Position numbers and translations under genes: made by a program | Origin: Octopus bimaculoides | Taxonomy: Eukaryota | Length of the DNA: 62,705 nt | Assembly (NCBI RefSeq): GCF_001194135.2 | Contig: NC_068990.1 | Coordinates: forward strand, 9,804,140 to 9,866,844 | Direction of reading: 5' to 3' | The notes under the pieces: generated by a model | What the model was told of the DNA's origin: nothing | The model's input: the letters and a program-made list of their open reading frames with translations, nothing else | The model's database searches: none | In this document: one piece after another, positions 12,618-26,896 of the stretch | Layout: the number at the start of each line of letters is the position of its first letter | How positions within the stretch are numbered: position 1 is the stretch's first letter

Positions 12618-14903
12618 ATATTTATATATATAGTCTGCGTGTTATAAACTTTTCCTCCAATTAATTCAAATACCAGTTTTGCACTTTTGTTGTTTACTCC
12701 TCGTTATAACCATTCGGTATTACGTTAAACACGCACATATGCCTAATCTGAAGATATTCCATACTGAGACATTATGAAATATTAAGACATTCAATATGAA
12801 ATATATCATCAGTAATATAATTACGAAGCAGATTATTTCGCTTTAGAATCTGTCGTTACTAATATCGACGCAATGTTAGAAATTGGCAACTACAATAACG
12901 ATTGTTATTAGAAAGCTCAACTGAAGAAATAGGAAGCAAATAATTGATTCGATTATTTTGGCAACGTGCTAGAAATATATATTGGAACTATTTGAAATTA
13001 ACTGATGTTTATGCTTTTAGGTATATTGTGAATTACTAAATGTCTTACGGGAATTATCCTAAGTGAAATGAATTTTGGAATTTTGCATCTTATTTAGAGA
13101 AAAGAACGGCAAAACTACTGGTTTTCCTAGCGACCAAGAAGAAATTCTAGACACTTTCAAGAATTAATTTCCTAGAAAATTAAATTTTCTTGGCTTATAG
13201 AAAATTCGATCTTCGTTACGAGGCGAGAATCCACCAAGGAGATGCTGCAGTCTCATTACATTTCATCGGGGAAACAAAATGTTTGACGTCTGGTGTTACT
13301 TGTACTCTTCAAGGATCCATTTCTCATGTTACTTTACTCTCCACGAGAAATGAAAAGAGCATAACAACGTTCCCCTTAATCTAATAAAACCAATAACGAT
13401 TTTAGTGAGAAAATCTTATTTAATATATTACTTGTATGATGTTATGTTCTGCATTACAGAAGGGTTGTCAACCCTTGGCAAACAATAAAAGGAAATAAAA
13501 TAAACAGCAATCTCAGTATATATCTACCAAAGTCTGATAGGGCAACTATAAAACTGAAACTTTTAAGTACACATCAACATACGTTAAACATATTTTGAAT
13601 GTGATTTTGCTCTAAACGTGGCGTCTGAAACCGAAAGGGAATTTTGAGCAGAATATGTATATCATATCAAATTAAATTAATGTACTTCCTCTCATGTAAT
13701 GATTATAAGAAACGCATACATTGCTTTCATTGTAGTGCATAACTTCCCCAGTGAACACTTGTATACAAAAGGTTAAAACGTAACAAATCGAAGCAAAATA
13801 TAGACCGGTTTGTTTGCAAAACTAAACTGGAAAATGTAACTCTACAATGTTGTTGCTTATTAAAATATTTGACGCTATCTTCTTTGGACTATCGATCGAC
13901 TTGGTTATTGGAGAGATCTCAGAGAGATCAATTAATCAATGACGAAATCAACCATCTCTTATAAAAGTGTCTGTATCAATAATGTAATTTGTTTGGAGCA
14001 CTGGTCTCATGCACATAAACACACGCATACTCTAACACCTATAGACGCCCTCACACACACACTGTCAAACTTTTACAAACACAGCGTTCATTGTTATCAG
14101 ATGTATCGGCATAACACATTATTATAAAACAGCTCAGTGTTATCTGCAAAAAAAGGTGATCATGACAGAAATAGCAGGCAATTTCCCCAAAGTGAGACCT
14201 TTAGTATTTTAACAAAGATTAAATATTGGATTATGTAATGATGCATAGTGCATTCACTGAAACACGTAGTGAATAATACAGTCTTCGACATAAAGGGGTT
14301 GGTCACACTAGGGATTTGTTTGGACATATTTTCTTTTGATGTGCGTTCTGAGTGCATAGAAATACGCCACATGATTTAACAATCCCGCTTGGTTCTTCGT
14401 TGTATTTAACGTTAGTGATTTTTGCAAACACCCGAGAAGTGTCACCATTTTGAGGACAATCTGTTACGGAGGTCCTGCAGAAAAGGACAAATAGAAGAGG
14501 TAAGATTTTCTTTCAAGTAAAAATAGATGCACAAACAGTAGGTTGAAAATACTGGCAGTTCAAGACTGACTGACTGAGGCGGTCGCTCAGGTATAATAAT
14601 ATTCTACTGAAACAGGGGTCCCAATATTTCTTCATGTTTCTTCTTTGAAATCATGTCAGGTTTGTATAGTTTTATCCCGTAGATCACCATTCCATCTTAT
14701 TTGTAGTTTTTGTTTCAGTTGCCACTGGGCAAACGTGCCGTGATTTCTTCTCTAGAATTGTAAAGAATTTCAATAAATCAAAATTTTATCTTGCATGGTT
14801 TTTAATATAGATATATTCATCTCTGTAGTTCAAATATTATACCACTTGCCGATTTCAGCTAAATATCTAAGCCCATTGTCGTTTTATTTATACGTAGGGA
14901 GTA

Positions 14904-15135
14904 AGGCGGCGAGCTGGCAGAAAAGGTTAGCACGCTGGGCAAAATGCTTAACGGTATGTCGTCTGCCGTTACGTTCTGAGTTCAAATTCCGGCGTGGACG
15001 ACCTTATCTTTCATCCTTTCGGGGCTTGAAAAACTAATTACCAGTTACGCACTGGGGTCGATGTAATCGACTAAATCCCTTTATCTGTCCTTGTTCGTCC
15101 CCTCTATGTTTCGCCCTTGTGGGCAATAAAGAAAT
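14904..15135 (+). mobile_element. tRNA-headed SINE (family 1, tail type A), full length
   Basis: Head AGGCGGCGAGCTGGCAG (A-box-like) and GAGTTCAAATTCC (B-box-like); tail ...CCCTTGTGGGCAATAAAGAAAT. Confidence 0.9.
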
Positions 15136-15136
15136 G

Positions 15137-15320
15137 TGAAACGTTAGCACGCTGGGCGTATTTTGTCTGTCTTTATGTTCTGAGTTCAAATTCCGCCGAG
15201 GTCGATTTTGTCTCTCATCGTTTCGGGGTCGATAAATTAAGTACCAGTTGCCTACTGGCGTCGATATAATCGACTGGTCCCCTCCCCCCAAATTTCGGGC
15301 TTTGTTTCTAGTGTACAAAA
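15137..15320 (+). mobile_element. tRNA-headed SINE (family 1, tail type B), 5'-truncated, in tandem with the preceding copy
   Basis: Same body (AAACGTTAGCACGCTGGGC...GAGTTCAAATTCCGCCGAGGTCGA) but a different tail, GACTGGTCCCCTCCCCCAAATTTCGGGC. Confidence 0.9.
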
Positions 15321-15354
15321 CATATACGTAGAGAGCAGGAAAGACATTTTGTGT

Positions 15355-15393
<39 letters not shown>

Positions 15394-17390
15394 CATGTAT
15401 GCTTGTATGTATATATGTGTGAGTATGTGTATGCATGTACTAGAATGCAAGTGGATGCGTATGAAAACACATTATTCATCCAGTTCTATTCATGTAGTAT
15501 TTAAATCCGTAACGCTCTGATATTGATAAAGCAATGGAGTTAATATGGTTATTGCTCAGCCTGATCGCATGTATATACATTATTAAGAAGAATACATAAG
15601 CCGTGTGAGAGAATTGAAAAGCTCCGATTTCTTATAAAGCTGTATGTGACAATGTCTTTAATGTGACATCAATGCTTTTAATTTGATTTACACACTAAAT
15701 TACTAGTAACACTAAAGACGTTTTTAGCGAATTGTTTGGCATTAAATTGATATGAATTCTGAGAATCATATTTAGTAGCACGCGTCAGAGAAATTATTGT
15801 TTTTGTTTAGCCACAGTCCACATTCTATTGATCGTATCAAATGTATCTCAGCCGTGACCATCCTGTTGTTTATTAAGTTTCAAATGTTGCGAAATAAAAG
15901 TATGTATATACTGAATTGGAAGTTGTTACTTGACATTCTGGTGCTTATTATTAATGATATATATGATTGAACGAGGTTTCATATGTCCAAGGAAAGCTTT
16001 TGTAGTGCCATTAGTTTAGGAGGAAGTGTAGTATAAAAATATAGAAATAATTACGTTTTGATCACTTCAATAAAATAACATTGTATCAGATATAAATTAC
16101 GATTGGGAAAATGAGATTCCCAAAGCTATTTCAATTTCGTCTCAATTCAGAAGTGCAACAGAGTGTAAACTATCTAATTTGTTATTATGTTAAGTTTATA
16201 TACTGTTTTCCTCAGATGATTTACCTATTAGGTAAATTGGTTGCATTTCTGTCCCAAAATGGTCTGATTAAATGCATTCTATATTGAGGCTTTATCATGG
16301 CATTTGAAAGATCTGCTGTATAGAACGGTGAAGAATTTCTTTCACACCACGGATTTGTTAGTAGAAGCGGGTGTCTGACCTGTACCCCATATTTTATGCA
16401 TACTGCCTTTTGTTTGATACACTTTAGATGACGTATTTCTAATTACCATCATTTGTTGGATTTCGGTATACGAAGCAAGTTTCGAGTGTACATATGAAAT
16501 CTATAAGATCTCTGGTGTTTTATGGATAACTTGTATTTTCTAAGTATTCAACATGATATTAAGAGCTTACAGTATATTCTCATAGTTGTTGTTTCTTTCA
16601 TCTCTCTTTACTATTTAGTTGTAAGTATACCCTCCGGATTTCATATTTCGTGCTGGGTAACGATTACCAGACTCAGGTATTGTCGATATTTCCTATATGA
16701 TTTTCTCTATACAATTTATAACGCTTGTTTCTCTGTAAAATCTCCATTAGATTAGAAAAATACAATGAAATGTCAATGATTGATGATGGCCGTATATTCT
16801 GTTGTAATTATAAAAAAAAAACATGTCCTTTATCGATAAACTAATGAGGATGTTACAGTATGTTTATATATATTAGGCTGTCAGTTTTCGTTATTCACAC
16901 TTAAGAGTGAAAAGCCTATCTTACATATAATGAATCAGTAATCCTCCTAAGATTAAAATACTTCGCTGGCATCGAATATACCAAGTATGCTTTATATACT
17001 TTTAATAAATTGATGTTTCCGTTTATCTGAATCAGAAATTATTTTCTGAGTTGTTTTTAAGATATGAGGACAATTGTCCGAGAGAATGCAATTAGTATCA
17101 TGGGTTATGCGAACAATAAATGAATGACATTGGAATTAATGTAGGTGAAATGAAGACAAGAATATCAAGATCCCACTGGAAATACAACTAACGTTTACCC
17201 TGCTTTGAGTTACTGTTTGTTGTCGCAAAATGCAACGTTTTTCTCAATTTTCCTTCTCTTATACACATATAAATTAGAAGACGGTTCCTTCCGTCATTCA
17301 TGAAGAATGAGTAAAATTTCAAAGCAGTTGTACCATAAAATAATACTCAACAATATACTGTCAAATACATCTGAAGAATCTCGATATAGA

Positions 17391-17433
17391 AAATGCGATC
17401 ATACTGAAGAGGAAATGCGATCATACTGAAGAG
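17391..17433. repeat. Local 22 bp tandem duplication (AAATGCGATCATACTGAAGAG)
   Basis: Copies start at 17391 and 17413. Confidence 0.85.
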
Positions 17434-18059
17434 AAAAATCTATTATATGTTTCTAAGTAAAGTACACCATAAGTTGTGTCATATCATCAATGTATGTAAA
17501 AAGGATTTCGAACGCTTTATCTTTTATATGTAAGTATCCTTTCTAAGAACCAGCAATAAAGCAAAATCTAACTTAGTTTACGTAGCAGTCTATGGGCAGA
17601 ATTGTATTTAGACCACAATTAATAAACCGCCACAGAAACAAAGAAACAAAACATAGATTAGTCCTAGAAATATGAAGGAAGTTCAACGCATTTGCAAAAT
17701 ATATTCGGTTTTTCAAGTGAGACGCAAACATTTATGGCTCTGACTATACAAAAAAAAAAATAATAAAATAATATAAATCAAATACCCGAACATATTTGTC
17801 TGTTAGGTGTCTGAAAAAAAACGTTGCTTAATATTTCTATCGAAAATAGGGCACAATTTACGTATTAATGTAGGTCTATCATTTGTTTATAATTTAATAT
17901 TTAGTTACTCGTATTGTTATATTGTTCAAATTCTTTTACTTCTTTCAAGAACAGGAATCGTATATTTTATTAATTTCCCGTCTCCAGCCAATATGTTAAA
18001 TCATGCATGCATTTGTTACATAAAAAGATAATTAATTTTCACAAAGTACAAAGCAAATT

Positions 18060-19060
18060 ATTTGTTATCGAGACATTTTCAAGATAAACATTTATTTCTT
18101 TCAAAGTACAAAACTCTCATCTCTTTCAAAATAGAATCTTTTGATTTCGCTACCCTTGTTGTAGCGCCCCGGCCACTTTGTGAAGGCGTTATAGAAATTC
18201 TCTAAAATAAATGTATTCAAGAACCTCTTCACAGTTCACAGATTCCTATCTCTTCTCAAAATGATTGCTTCTGTGGTTCTCCTTCAGCTTGTGCAACAAC
18301 CAAAAATCACACATAACATGATATGGACTGTAGTGGTGGTGAAAAACAGTTCTGATGCCCATCTCTATCACGTTTTCGGATGCCAGGATGGAAGTGTAAA
18401 CATTTGCATTGCCTGATGCAGGTGCTCTAGACTTTTGCTTCGCGGTCTCTTCCTGAACTTCCACCACACCACCACAAAGTTCACTTTTGTTGACAATCTG
18501 GCCAGAAGGAAGTAAGTGGATGTACAGGAAAAAAGAGAATCATCATGAACGTAGCAGTGGAGTTACTTTGCCAGGCCCTTTTTGGTACGGGGGAGCCAGG
18601 ATGCGCCCACTGTGTACTTTGGCTCTTGGTCTCTGGATCATAAAAGTCGGTCCAAGTCTCGTCTCATATTACCAGAGACTTACGTACTCTTGTTTGCAGA
18701 TAATGAGCTCAACAGTCTCTCTACTACCACCAACTCGTTTTTCATTTTGTTTGCTCTCAGCTACATGGGAAGACACTTTGGACAAATTTTGTGCATGTTC
18801 AGATCTCGAATTATTCCGTGTACAGCTGCTACATGAATTTCAAAAGTAGTCTTTCTAGACACATTTCCATGTTGTTTTTATAGATATGACGAAATTCATC
18901 CGGAAAATTTTACTGCATATTTAACTTCCAGATTGTTTTTACATTCAGACAGCATTTGGCACAATAATTAGTTGTGACAAACACTATTTAGAATGTTGTG
19001 TTGAAAAATCCGTTACAGATGTCTATTTCAAACTCAAATAAAATGTTGGCAGGTCAGATT
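18060..19060 (-). mobile_element. Decayed mariner element
   Basis: ORF 18246-18467 (...IEMGIRTVFHHHYSPYHVMCDFWLLHKLKENHRSNHFE) matches 'MGIKTVPHPPYSPDLAPCDFWLFPKLK'. A remnant of the VIxGDET motif lies near 18670-18710. Many stops and frameshifts; ends approximate. Confidence 0.88.
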
Positions 19061-19207
19061 ATTAGATGGATAATAACAATATACTAAACTGAAAATAATC
19101 TAGGACAGCTATAACTGCCTTTCCCAAAATCTCAGCGATGCACCTAGCATATAATTCCAATACAGCAGCGGAAACGATGAAATATGTTCACTATTGCAGT
19201 TCATATT

Positions 19208-19280
<73 letters not shown>

Positions 19281-19434
19281 ATTAAGCATATCCAAAGAAA
19301 TGATTCAAATGGTAATATGCTATATGCAACTGATACATTAGTAAATCCCCTAATCAATTGCCTAGGAAATATTTTTCGATCTCAGGATGGAGCGGCGGAC
19401 GAAATACCGCTAACCATATACATACATGCATACA

Positions 19435-19465
<31 letters not shown>

Positions 19466-20429
19466 CGAGAGATAAATTTGGTCTAATGGCTTTTAATAGG
19501 TCTTCTGGAGTCATGGATTTCGGTCTTATTCATTGAAGAAAAAGAAATATTTTGAATGAAGAAGCTTAACTTAAGCATTTGTGAAAATTTTAGCTGCATC
19601 ATTGCTAGGAATGCCTGACCATGTCATATGTAAAAAATAGCAAATGTTTAACCATATCATTTCTCTGTAACGTACGTCCACATGTTTACAAGATTTCTTT
19701 AAAAAAGAACAACCTTGATGAATATATTTAGAAATGCAGAACATCCCCAAATGGAGAGAGGAGAGCGTTCAGCATAAATTCTTCGTTTTACACTCCTTTT
19801 AGAAATGTATTCGTGGATTGAATATCAAATCTGAATAACCCAAATAAATCAATAACGCGATATCAGTTAGATCATTAGCCTCATTTGGTTCAGTTTTCGT
19901 AATCAGTACTTTATATCAATTTTTCATCATCACGTTTGACATTAACATTGCGCAGTAACAGAGATTGTTATGTACGCCAAATTAGCAAAGATATTAATGA
20001 CTTTAGTGATGTGAAAGTGCACCAACATTTGCGAACTTATTAATAATTGGGAGAATACACCACAAAATGTAATGACATTCGTCCATGTTTGAATTATTTA
20101 TTCTTGCACTATACTACAACCAAACGCACACATACATATGTAAACTCATATACATGCATTATGCGTAGATGCATACACACACGTGTATATATATATATAT
20201 ATATNNNNNNNNNNNNNNNNNNNNNNNNNNNNNNNNNNNNNNNNNNNNNNNNNNNNNNNNNNNNNNNNNNNNNNNNNNNNNNNNNNNNNNNNNNNNNNNN
20301 NNNNNNNNNNNNNNNNNNNNNNNNNNNNNNNNNNNNNNNNNNNNNNNNNNNNNNNNNNNNNNNNNNNNNNNNNNNNNNNNNNNNNNNNNNNNNNNNNNNN
20401 NNNNNNNNNNNNNNNNNNNNNNNNNNATA

Positions 20430-21918
20430 TATTGTAAATATATGCTACAAAAACATGATAGAAACCAGACGTGGAAGTGTAAGTGGAAAGTAGGAAGAAA
20501 AATAAGAGAAAATGCACATTGCAAATAAAAAAATAAAGGCTTTTTATGAAAAGTAACGATAGATGAATTGAGGCAGGAATATATATATATATATAGTGGG
20601 TATAGATATTTAGGGATTTTGGAGCTGTATGACATTCTACACAGAGAAATGAAAGTCAAGGTCAGCGAGGCGTATACAAAAAAAGGGTGAAGATTGGGTT
20701 GAAATCCAACCTCAATGCCAAACATTTGTTTACCGCAATGAATATCTGGGAAGTTGCGGTGGTGAGATATAGTGCGTCCATTCTCAAATGGATTAAGGGG
20801 GAAATATCAACACTGGATAGAAGGACAATAAAGTTGATGACGCTGCATGGGGTGCTACACACTAAAGCAAACGTAAACAGACTGTATATGAAAAGAAAGA
20901 ATGGTGGTAGAGGACTAATTATTATAGACCATTGTATAAGGAGGAAAGAAGAAGGCTTGCCGAGTATTTGATAAATAGTGATGAAGAATTGCTGCAATAT
21001 GCCATGAAAGATATGGGTGTAAATGCAGATGAAATGACGGGCAAGGAAGAATTTAACCAAAGAGCTGAAAAGAAGAAAAAAGTAGACCTTCTTGAAATGA
21101 GAATGCATGGACTGTTTGAAAGGAATACAAAAGAATTTAAGGATAATACAGCATCATGGACATGGATTAAACGAAGTGATTTGAAGCGTATTACCAAAAG
21201 CCTGGTCATTGCTGCACAAGCCCTGGCTCTCGCTACCAATTCAGTGAAGTATAACATCAAGAAAACTTCTGACACCCAGAAATGCAGACTCTGCGGAGTT
21301 TATGAAAATGTGACCACTTGGTAAGTGGATGTGATCATCTTGTACAAAAAGTATACTAGCGCCGGCACGATAAAGTGTGTGTATGTTCATTGTCGTAAAT
21401 ACCAATATGAAGTAACAGAGAACTGGTTTGAGTATGTACTAAGTAAAGTTATGCAGGGTGCTGGGAAAGTAACGATACTGTGGGACTAAGATTTTCAGGC
21501 CGATCTTGCAATCCAACACCGTCGGCCGGATATTGTTATATTGAATAGGAGAGACAAATACTGCCAGATCATTGATGAAGCCATACCAAATGACATGAAT
21601 GTTGTGAGGAAAGAAGTTGAAAAAAATATCTAGTACACAGAATCGAAAGTGGAAATGGCAAGACTGTATGGAATGCGAGGGGTAATGTAAAAGTGATAAC
21701 AGTGGTGAGCGGGGTATTGGGCTAAATCTCATTGAAATTTCAAAGCTTCATAAGACAACTGGAAATCCCATGCAAGATTGATGTCTTGCAAAACGCAGCC
21801 TTATTGGGCACAGTATACATCTTAAGGAAAGTATTATCTGTCTGAGGTCCTTGTTGTGACTTGACAGATGACTAAAAACTCCGGTGATTTTTTTGTTTAC
21901 CTACACTGTATTACGAAG

Positions 21919-21920
<2 letters not shown>
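20430..21920 (+). mobile_element. R4/Dong-like non-LTR retrotransposon, 3' ~1.5 kb (end of RT, CCHC zinc knuckle, restriction-like endonuclease), pseudogenised
   Basis: GYRYLGILE (~20598); ORF 20687-20971 ...LHTKANVNRLYMKRKNGGRGL; ORF 20932-21324 ...SLVIAAQALALATN...KCRLCG; then RHDKV, HRRPDIV and IIDEAIPND, and LQNAALLGTVYILRKVLSV*. A short 3' UTR precedes a (TAA)n run. The 5' side runs into a gap. Confidence 0.93.
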
Positions 21921-22009
<89 letters not shown>

Positions 22010-22025
22010 AATAATGATAATAATA
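21921..22025. repeat. (TAA)n/(TGA)n run directly 3' of the LINE
   Basis: Direct reading. Confidence 0.95.
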
Positions 22026-22278
22026 AAGTGAAGATGAAATAAATAATGGGTGCGTTAATTTACAAACGATGATCGTCCTGAAATATAACAATATTTCAAC
22101 AAGCGATTTCTCATCGAGAATCTTGCAAANNNNNNNNNNNNNNNNNNNNNNNNNNNNNNNNNNNNNNNNNNNNNNNNNNNNNNNNNNNNNNNNNNNNNNN
22201 NNNNNNNNNNNNNNNNNNNNATATTTATACATTTATACATATACATATATGTATATACATATATATCCATTAATATGA

Positions 22279-22330
<52 letters not shown>

Positions 22331-24041
22331 ATATGCGTATGTATATACATATATGTGTGTGTATATGCGTGTGTATATACAGGTAATTTGTTGCTAATTA
22401 CTCTGGTAACACATGCTTATAAAATCTTAAGTAAGAGGAAAACACAGAAACTAGAAAGAAGAAAACAGTTGTGAGAAAGAAGATAAACGGTGCGCTTGAC
22501 GTATGTTGGAGTGAAATCGTGTGTAGACTCTACGAATTCGAACAACATATGTACGTTTGGTAGGTCACTGAAATTAAGTGGCTCCCCTACTCTGGTTCGT
22601 TTCAAAACTATTCTCGAAATGTTCTCTCTCTCTCCCTCCCGCGCTCTCTCCTTCTCTCTTTCTCTCTCAATCTAGTAAATTTCGCACTTGAAGAATTAAT
22701 CCCATAAGCTATCTGAACAATTTCCAGAAGACTATATATGCCATTCCACATGAGCTGTTGATAAGAAAATATCGCTCAAATGAATATAGCCTGTTTTAAG
22801 CCAATATAATTCTTGTTTATATAATCTACACAGAGTCTGATGTATCTTATACGTAGATAAATCTGACTGAGACAGTGGGAGATGAATGTTCGTTAATTTA
22901 TCTTCTATTCTTCCCAATATTTTCCCACTTTTATACAATTATCCTTCTAATGAATGCTTTGATATGTAACGACTTGATTTTGTACTTTCTGTTTCGTTCA
23001 TTCGTCTTCAGTTCTCTTTCCAACAAAAGCTGTGCGTTCTAGTGCTAAGAGAATTGTTACGGTTCATTATTTTTCGATGAAAAATTCGCTGTTCGCAAAA
23101 GTATATTCTCTTATTTTTGACCGTAGTAGTTTAAACAGCTATCGGTAAATAGGAAACCTCTCCTCATGGAACTAAAGGATGTTATCCTTCTTCGGAACTC
23201 TACGTCACACTGTAAAATCCTGAGAAAAGCTGAATCTCTCATTTCTAGTGTTAACTCGCATTTGTATTTTTACCAGGGATCACGACGCCAAGCACGCTAC
23301 TCACTTAATCGGATGATTTAAACAAACCTTCTTTTTTAAATAATCCAGTTATTAAAACGATTTGATTGCATGATGTTGATGTATTTATAGAATTGTTTTT
23401 GTTGCTGCTTGCGATTTTTGATTGTAAATTTGAAAGTTTCCAATTATTCTATGTATGGAGGTGGTCCTGTATCTTACTGTTTTGTATTTTGTTTAAACTG
23501 AGAGAGAGGAAATTTAAGTTTTCTAACTTCTATTAACAAGCAGATAACAGTTATACATGGTTCATGGAAAATAGCTGTTTTGGCGTGGAATATAAGTAAC
23601 CGAATTTCTTTTCTTCGTACTTGAATAAGAAATATTCCACTATCTCTACAGAGAACGCCTGTCGTCTCATACCCCACTATCATAAAAAAAAAATTAATGT
23701 AATTTACTTAATGTATGATATCCAGATTTTATATGTTAGACACTAATATTTCTTCGAAATTGCCACTATAGCTTACTGTACTGAGATCTCTTTTTGTCAG
23801 TGTAAAACTCTAAATAGTTTACCAGTTTCAAATAAATCTTAAATCAGATCTCAAGCATATTTATTGTTTTGCGACAATAGTTGCATGTTCTCCTCATATT
23901 TCACTATACGGGTGATAAAAATCATTTGGATTATGAACTAAAATCAATTGTACTTTAACGGTATCAAATTGCTTGTCCTTTTCGTTTATACATATGCTTG
24001 TAGTTGTTGAATATAGATAAATATTATTACTATTGATATTT

Positions 24042-24073
24042 AAGTTGGTGAGCTGGTAGAAACCTTAGCACTG
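24042..24073 (+). mobile_element. Family 1 SINE head remnant
   Basis: AAGTTGGTGAGCTGGTAGAAACCTTAGCAC resembles AAGGCGGCGAGCTGGCAGAAACGTTAGCAC. Confidence 0.45.
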
Positions 24074-24903
24074 CCATCTTCTTCTCCAACTGTATATGAC
24101 TGATATAACGAGTACTAATATTTTCATACGAAATTTTATTTTATGTTCAAATATCCTCTTTGCAAAGAAATTATGAATCACGTTAGCAATTAATGTCAGG
24201 TATGTTAGCTTAAATATTACTGTGGCAGGATTTACTGTTAGTTAGTTTTTCAATATACTATGTTTGAAAGTAGGATTGTGCGAAATGCAATTTCTCTCCT
24301 GAATTATGATGAAGAGTTTATCTTAGTATCTTCTATAATTAATCCATATTTCTTTCATGTAGTTCATAGCATATGTGTTTTTTTTTTAAATTTTGATAGC
24401 TTTTGAGGCTGACGTATAAAATTCTGTCAAATATGTATACGAAATTATGCTGTAAAAATAAATTCCATTTGATAAATTGCCCAATGTGTGACCAGATAAA
24501 TAATATTTTAGTAATGCTATTCATAGTTTTCTAGATATATTTTAAAATCACAAAATAAACAATTGTTAAGTTAAAAAGAAAAACCCACTTCAACTACTCA
24601 AAAATATTTCCGGAATTTCTTCAATGAATCTGATTCTAATCTTGCTGAATAAAATTCTCCAACAACAAATACTGAAAACCTGCTTTAGCTATGCAGATAG
24701 CATTTCACATTGGATAATCATGTAAATGTCCTCTTAAGAATCAATATCTGAATTTAGACTAATGGTGAAGATGTCAGACACAATAAAGAAAACATTTTCA
24801 ATCTTTTTACTAGTTGAGAAAAATCAATTACCAACTGCTTTAAAAGGTGATAAAATGAATTAAAGTGCATTTCTGATTAAAAATACCAATCAAGGCTTCA
24901 GTT

Positions 24904-25000
24904 CATCCAACCGTCTACCCATCCATCAATCAACGTATCCGTCTGTCCGACCATCCATCCATCCATCCGCCCCGCCAGCCAGCCACCCAGCCACCCATAC
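24904..25000. repeat. Degenerate tetranucleotide tract (CCAT grading to CCAG/CCAC)
   Basis: Direct reading. Confidence 0.75.
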
Positions 25001-25610
25001 CGACTTACATATATACATGAATGCCAACACATTTACACATACGCAAACACCTACACTTACACATACATGCAGCTATGAAAGAAAATGAAAGTGTGTCCTT
25101 TTCTTCCATTATGAGACTAGATATAAAAACCACTGCATATTTTATAAACCTTAGTAAACGGAAAGACAAACACAGGGGTAGACGAATAGTCACACACGCA
25201 TTGCAATAGTAATATTTAAGACAGATAATTCTGACTTCGATATGGGCACGCACACATACGCATACACGTCCATACAAACACAACGATATTTTCATTTAAA
25301 TTTTGTGCACGTGAACGAAAATAACAGAAGGTAATGCAGCAATTTAAATGCTACGAATTTTGCAGAAGATAAGTTTCGCATAATAGTAAATTATAATTAA
25401 TTTTAAATACCAAAATTTAATGCATTTTCTAGTCGGAAATTTCATGTATATTAAATTGTAAACGTTATCCTGAAAGTTGGAACACTAATTTGCAAAGTCG
25501 CACGGTAATTTTGTATATTTATATTTTAAATTGAATGATCAGCAAACGAATTATAACGAATTTGGTTAATTGTCATTGTCTATGTTGATAGTGATTATTA
25601 TTGCCATTGG

Positions 25611-25778
25611 TTTCTAATTTTGGCTCAGGGCCAGAAGGTTTGGAGGAGGGCTAAGTCGATTAAATCGACCCAGTGATTTAATCACAGAGCGAATCAACCC
25701 CTGCTCAGTTTGAACTAGAACGTAAAGACGCTACGCATTTCACCCTACGTACTTATGATTCTGCCATCTCAGCGCCTT
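25611..25778 (-). mobile_element. Family 1 SINE, internally deleted
   Basis: GTCGATTAAATCGACCCAGT, TTTGAACTAGAACGTAAAGAC and terminal CTGCCATCTCAGCGCCTT. Confidence 0.75.
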
Positions 25779-26684
25779 AGACGATTATTCATACTGAAAA
25801 TGTTTTCATGAGTCCTTAGTATTCATTTCACCCATTTTGTTTTTAGGTATTCTCTATGCTTCTTCAATTTACTTCAAAGAAATAATTTTGAAGTGCATTT
25901 CGCATACCCGGAAATTCATTATTTTATTTATCGAAACTATCCTTTGTGTATTAGACTTCGACGCCTTCCTAGTCACATAATTGGAAAGATATAGTAGGAG
26001 GCTGTTTCTGCCGTAGGTAGCAAAGGATTCCATAGAAAACCTTTCACATTAAATCATTGGACATATTTTTTATTGGTTAAATTGTGGGATATCTCGGAAT
26101 CTATTAAAAGTACAATTTATGTATATTTTATTTTCTGGTTTGTGCTTCTTGATTAAATTTTTCCATTGTTAATCAAAACTTTTTTCTTTGTGGAATAGTA
26201 TTCAGAATTTAAGTTGCTACATGCTGTGCAAATTAACTATATAATGTATTGCGAAAAATGCAATAAGCGTAGGTATAAAGGTCACCATAACGAATACACA
26301 AAAGACATCACAAACAACGAACTACGCAGAGAAATAATGAAAACTTTTATAAAGAAAACATATCAGTAGCCAGATCATGTCTTAGAGGTTCTTCACAATT
26401 TATAAACAATAAATGATATTTAAATAAACAAATGTTTATAACGAATAAAATATTGCTAATAAGTTATTAACAATATTTAATACTAATAGGAACGCAAACA
26501 TAAAATTTCGGAGTCTGCGCAATACAAATCAAGATAGTCATATTACAAAAAATGTATAGCGTATACACAGATCAAATCTAAGATTCTACCTGCGACAAAC
26601 TAATCGGTCAGCATGCCAATAATAAAAACGCGTATTGGTTTTTATTTCACGTTGTTTAAATAGTTAACCAGCATATACATATTG

Positions 26685-26896
26685 TTTTCTACTCTAGGCA
26701 CAAGGCCCGAACATTTTGGGGACGGACCAGTCGATTAGATCGACGCCAGTACGCAATTGGTGCTTAATTTATCGACACCTAAAGGATGAAAGGCGAAGTC
26801 GACCACGTCGGAGTTTGAACTCAGACGGTAAAGACAGAAGAAATACCACGGAGCATTTCGCTTGGCGTGCTAACGTCTCTGCCAGCTCGCCAGCTT
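26685..26896 (-). mobile_element. Family 1 SINE (tail type B), near full length
   Basis: TTTTCTACTCTAGGCACAAGGCCCG...CTCTGCCAGCTCGCCAGCTT is the reverse complement of the family 1 layout. Confidence 0.92.

Noticed and set aside
14416-14499. 84-nt segment between a plausible acceptor and a strong donor (GAG|GTAAGA)
   Set aside because: All three frames contain a stop. It could only be a non-coding exon, for which there is no evidence.
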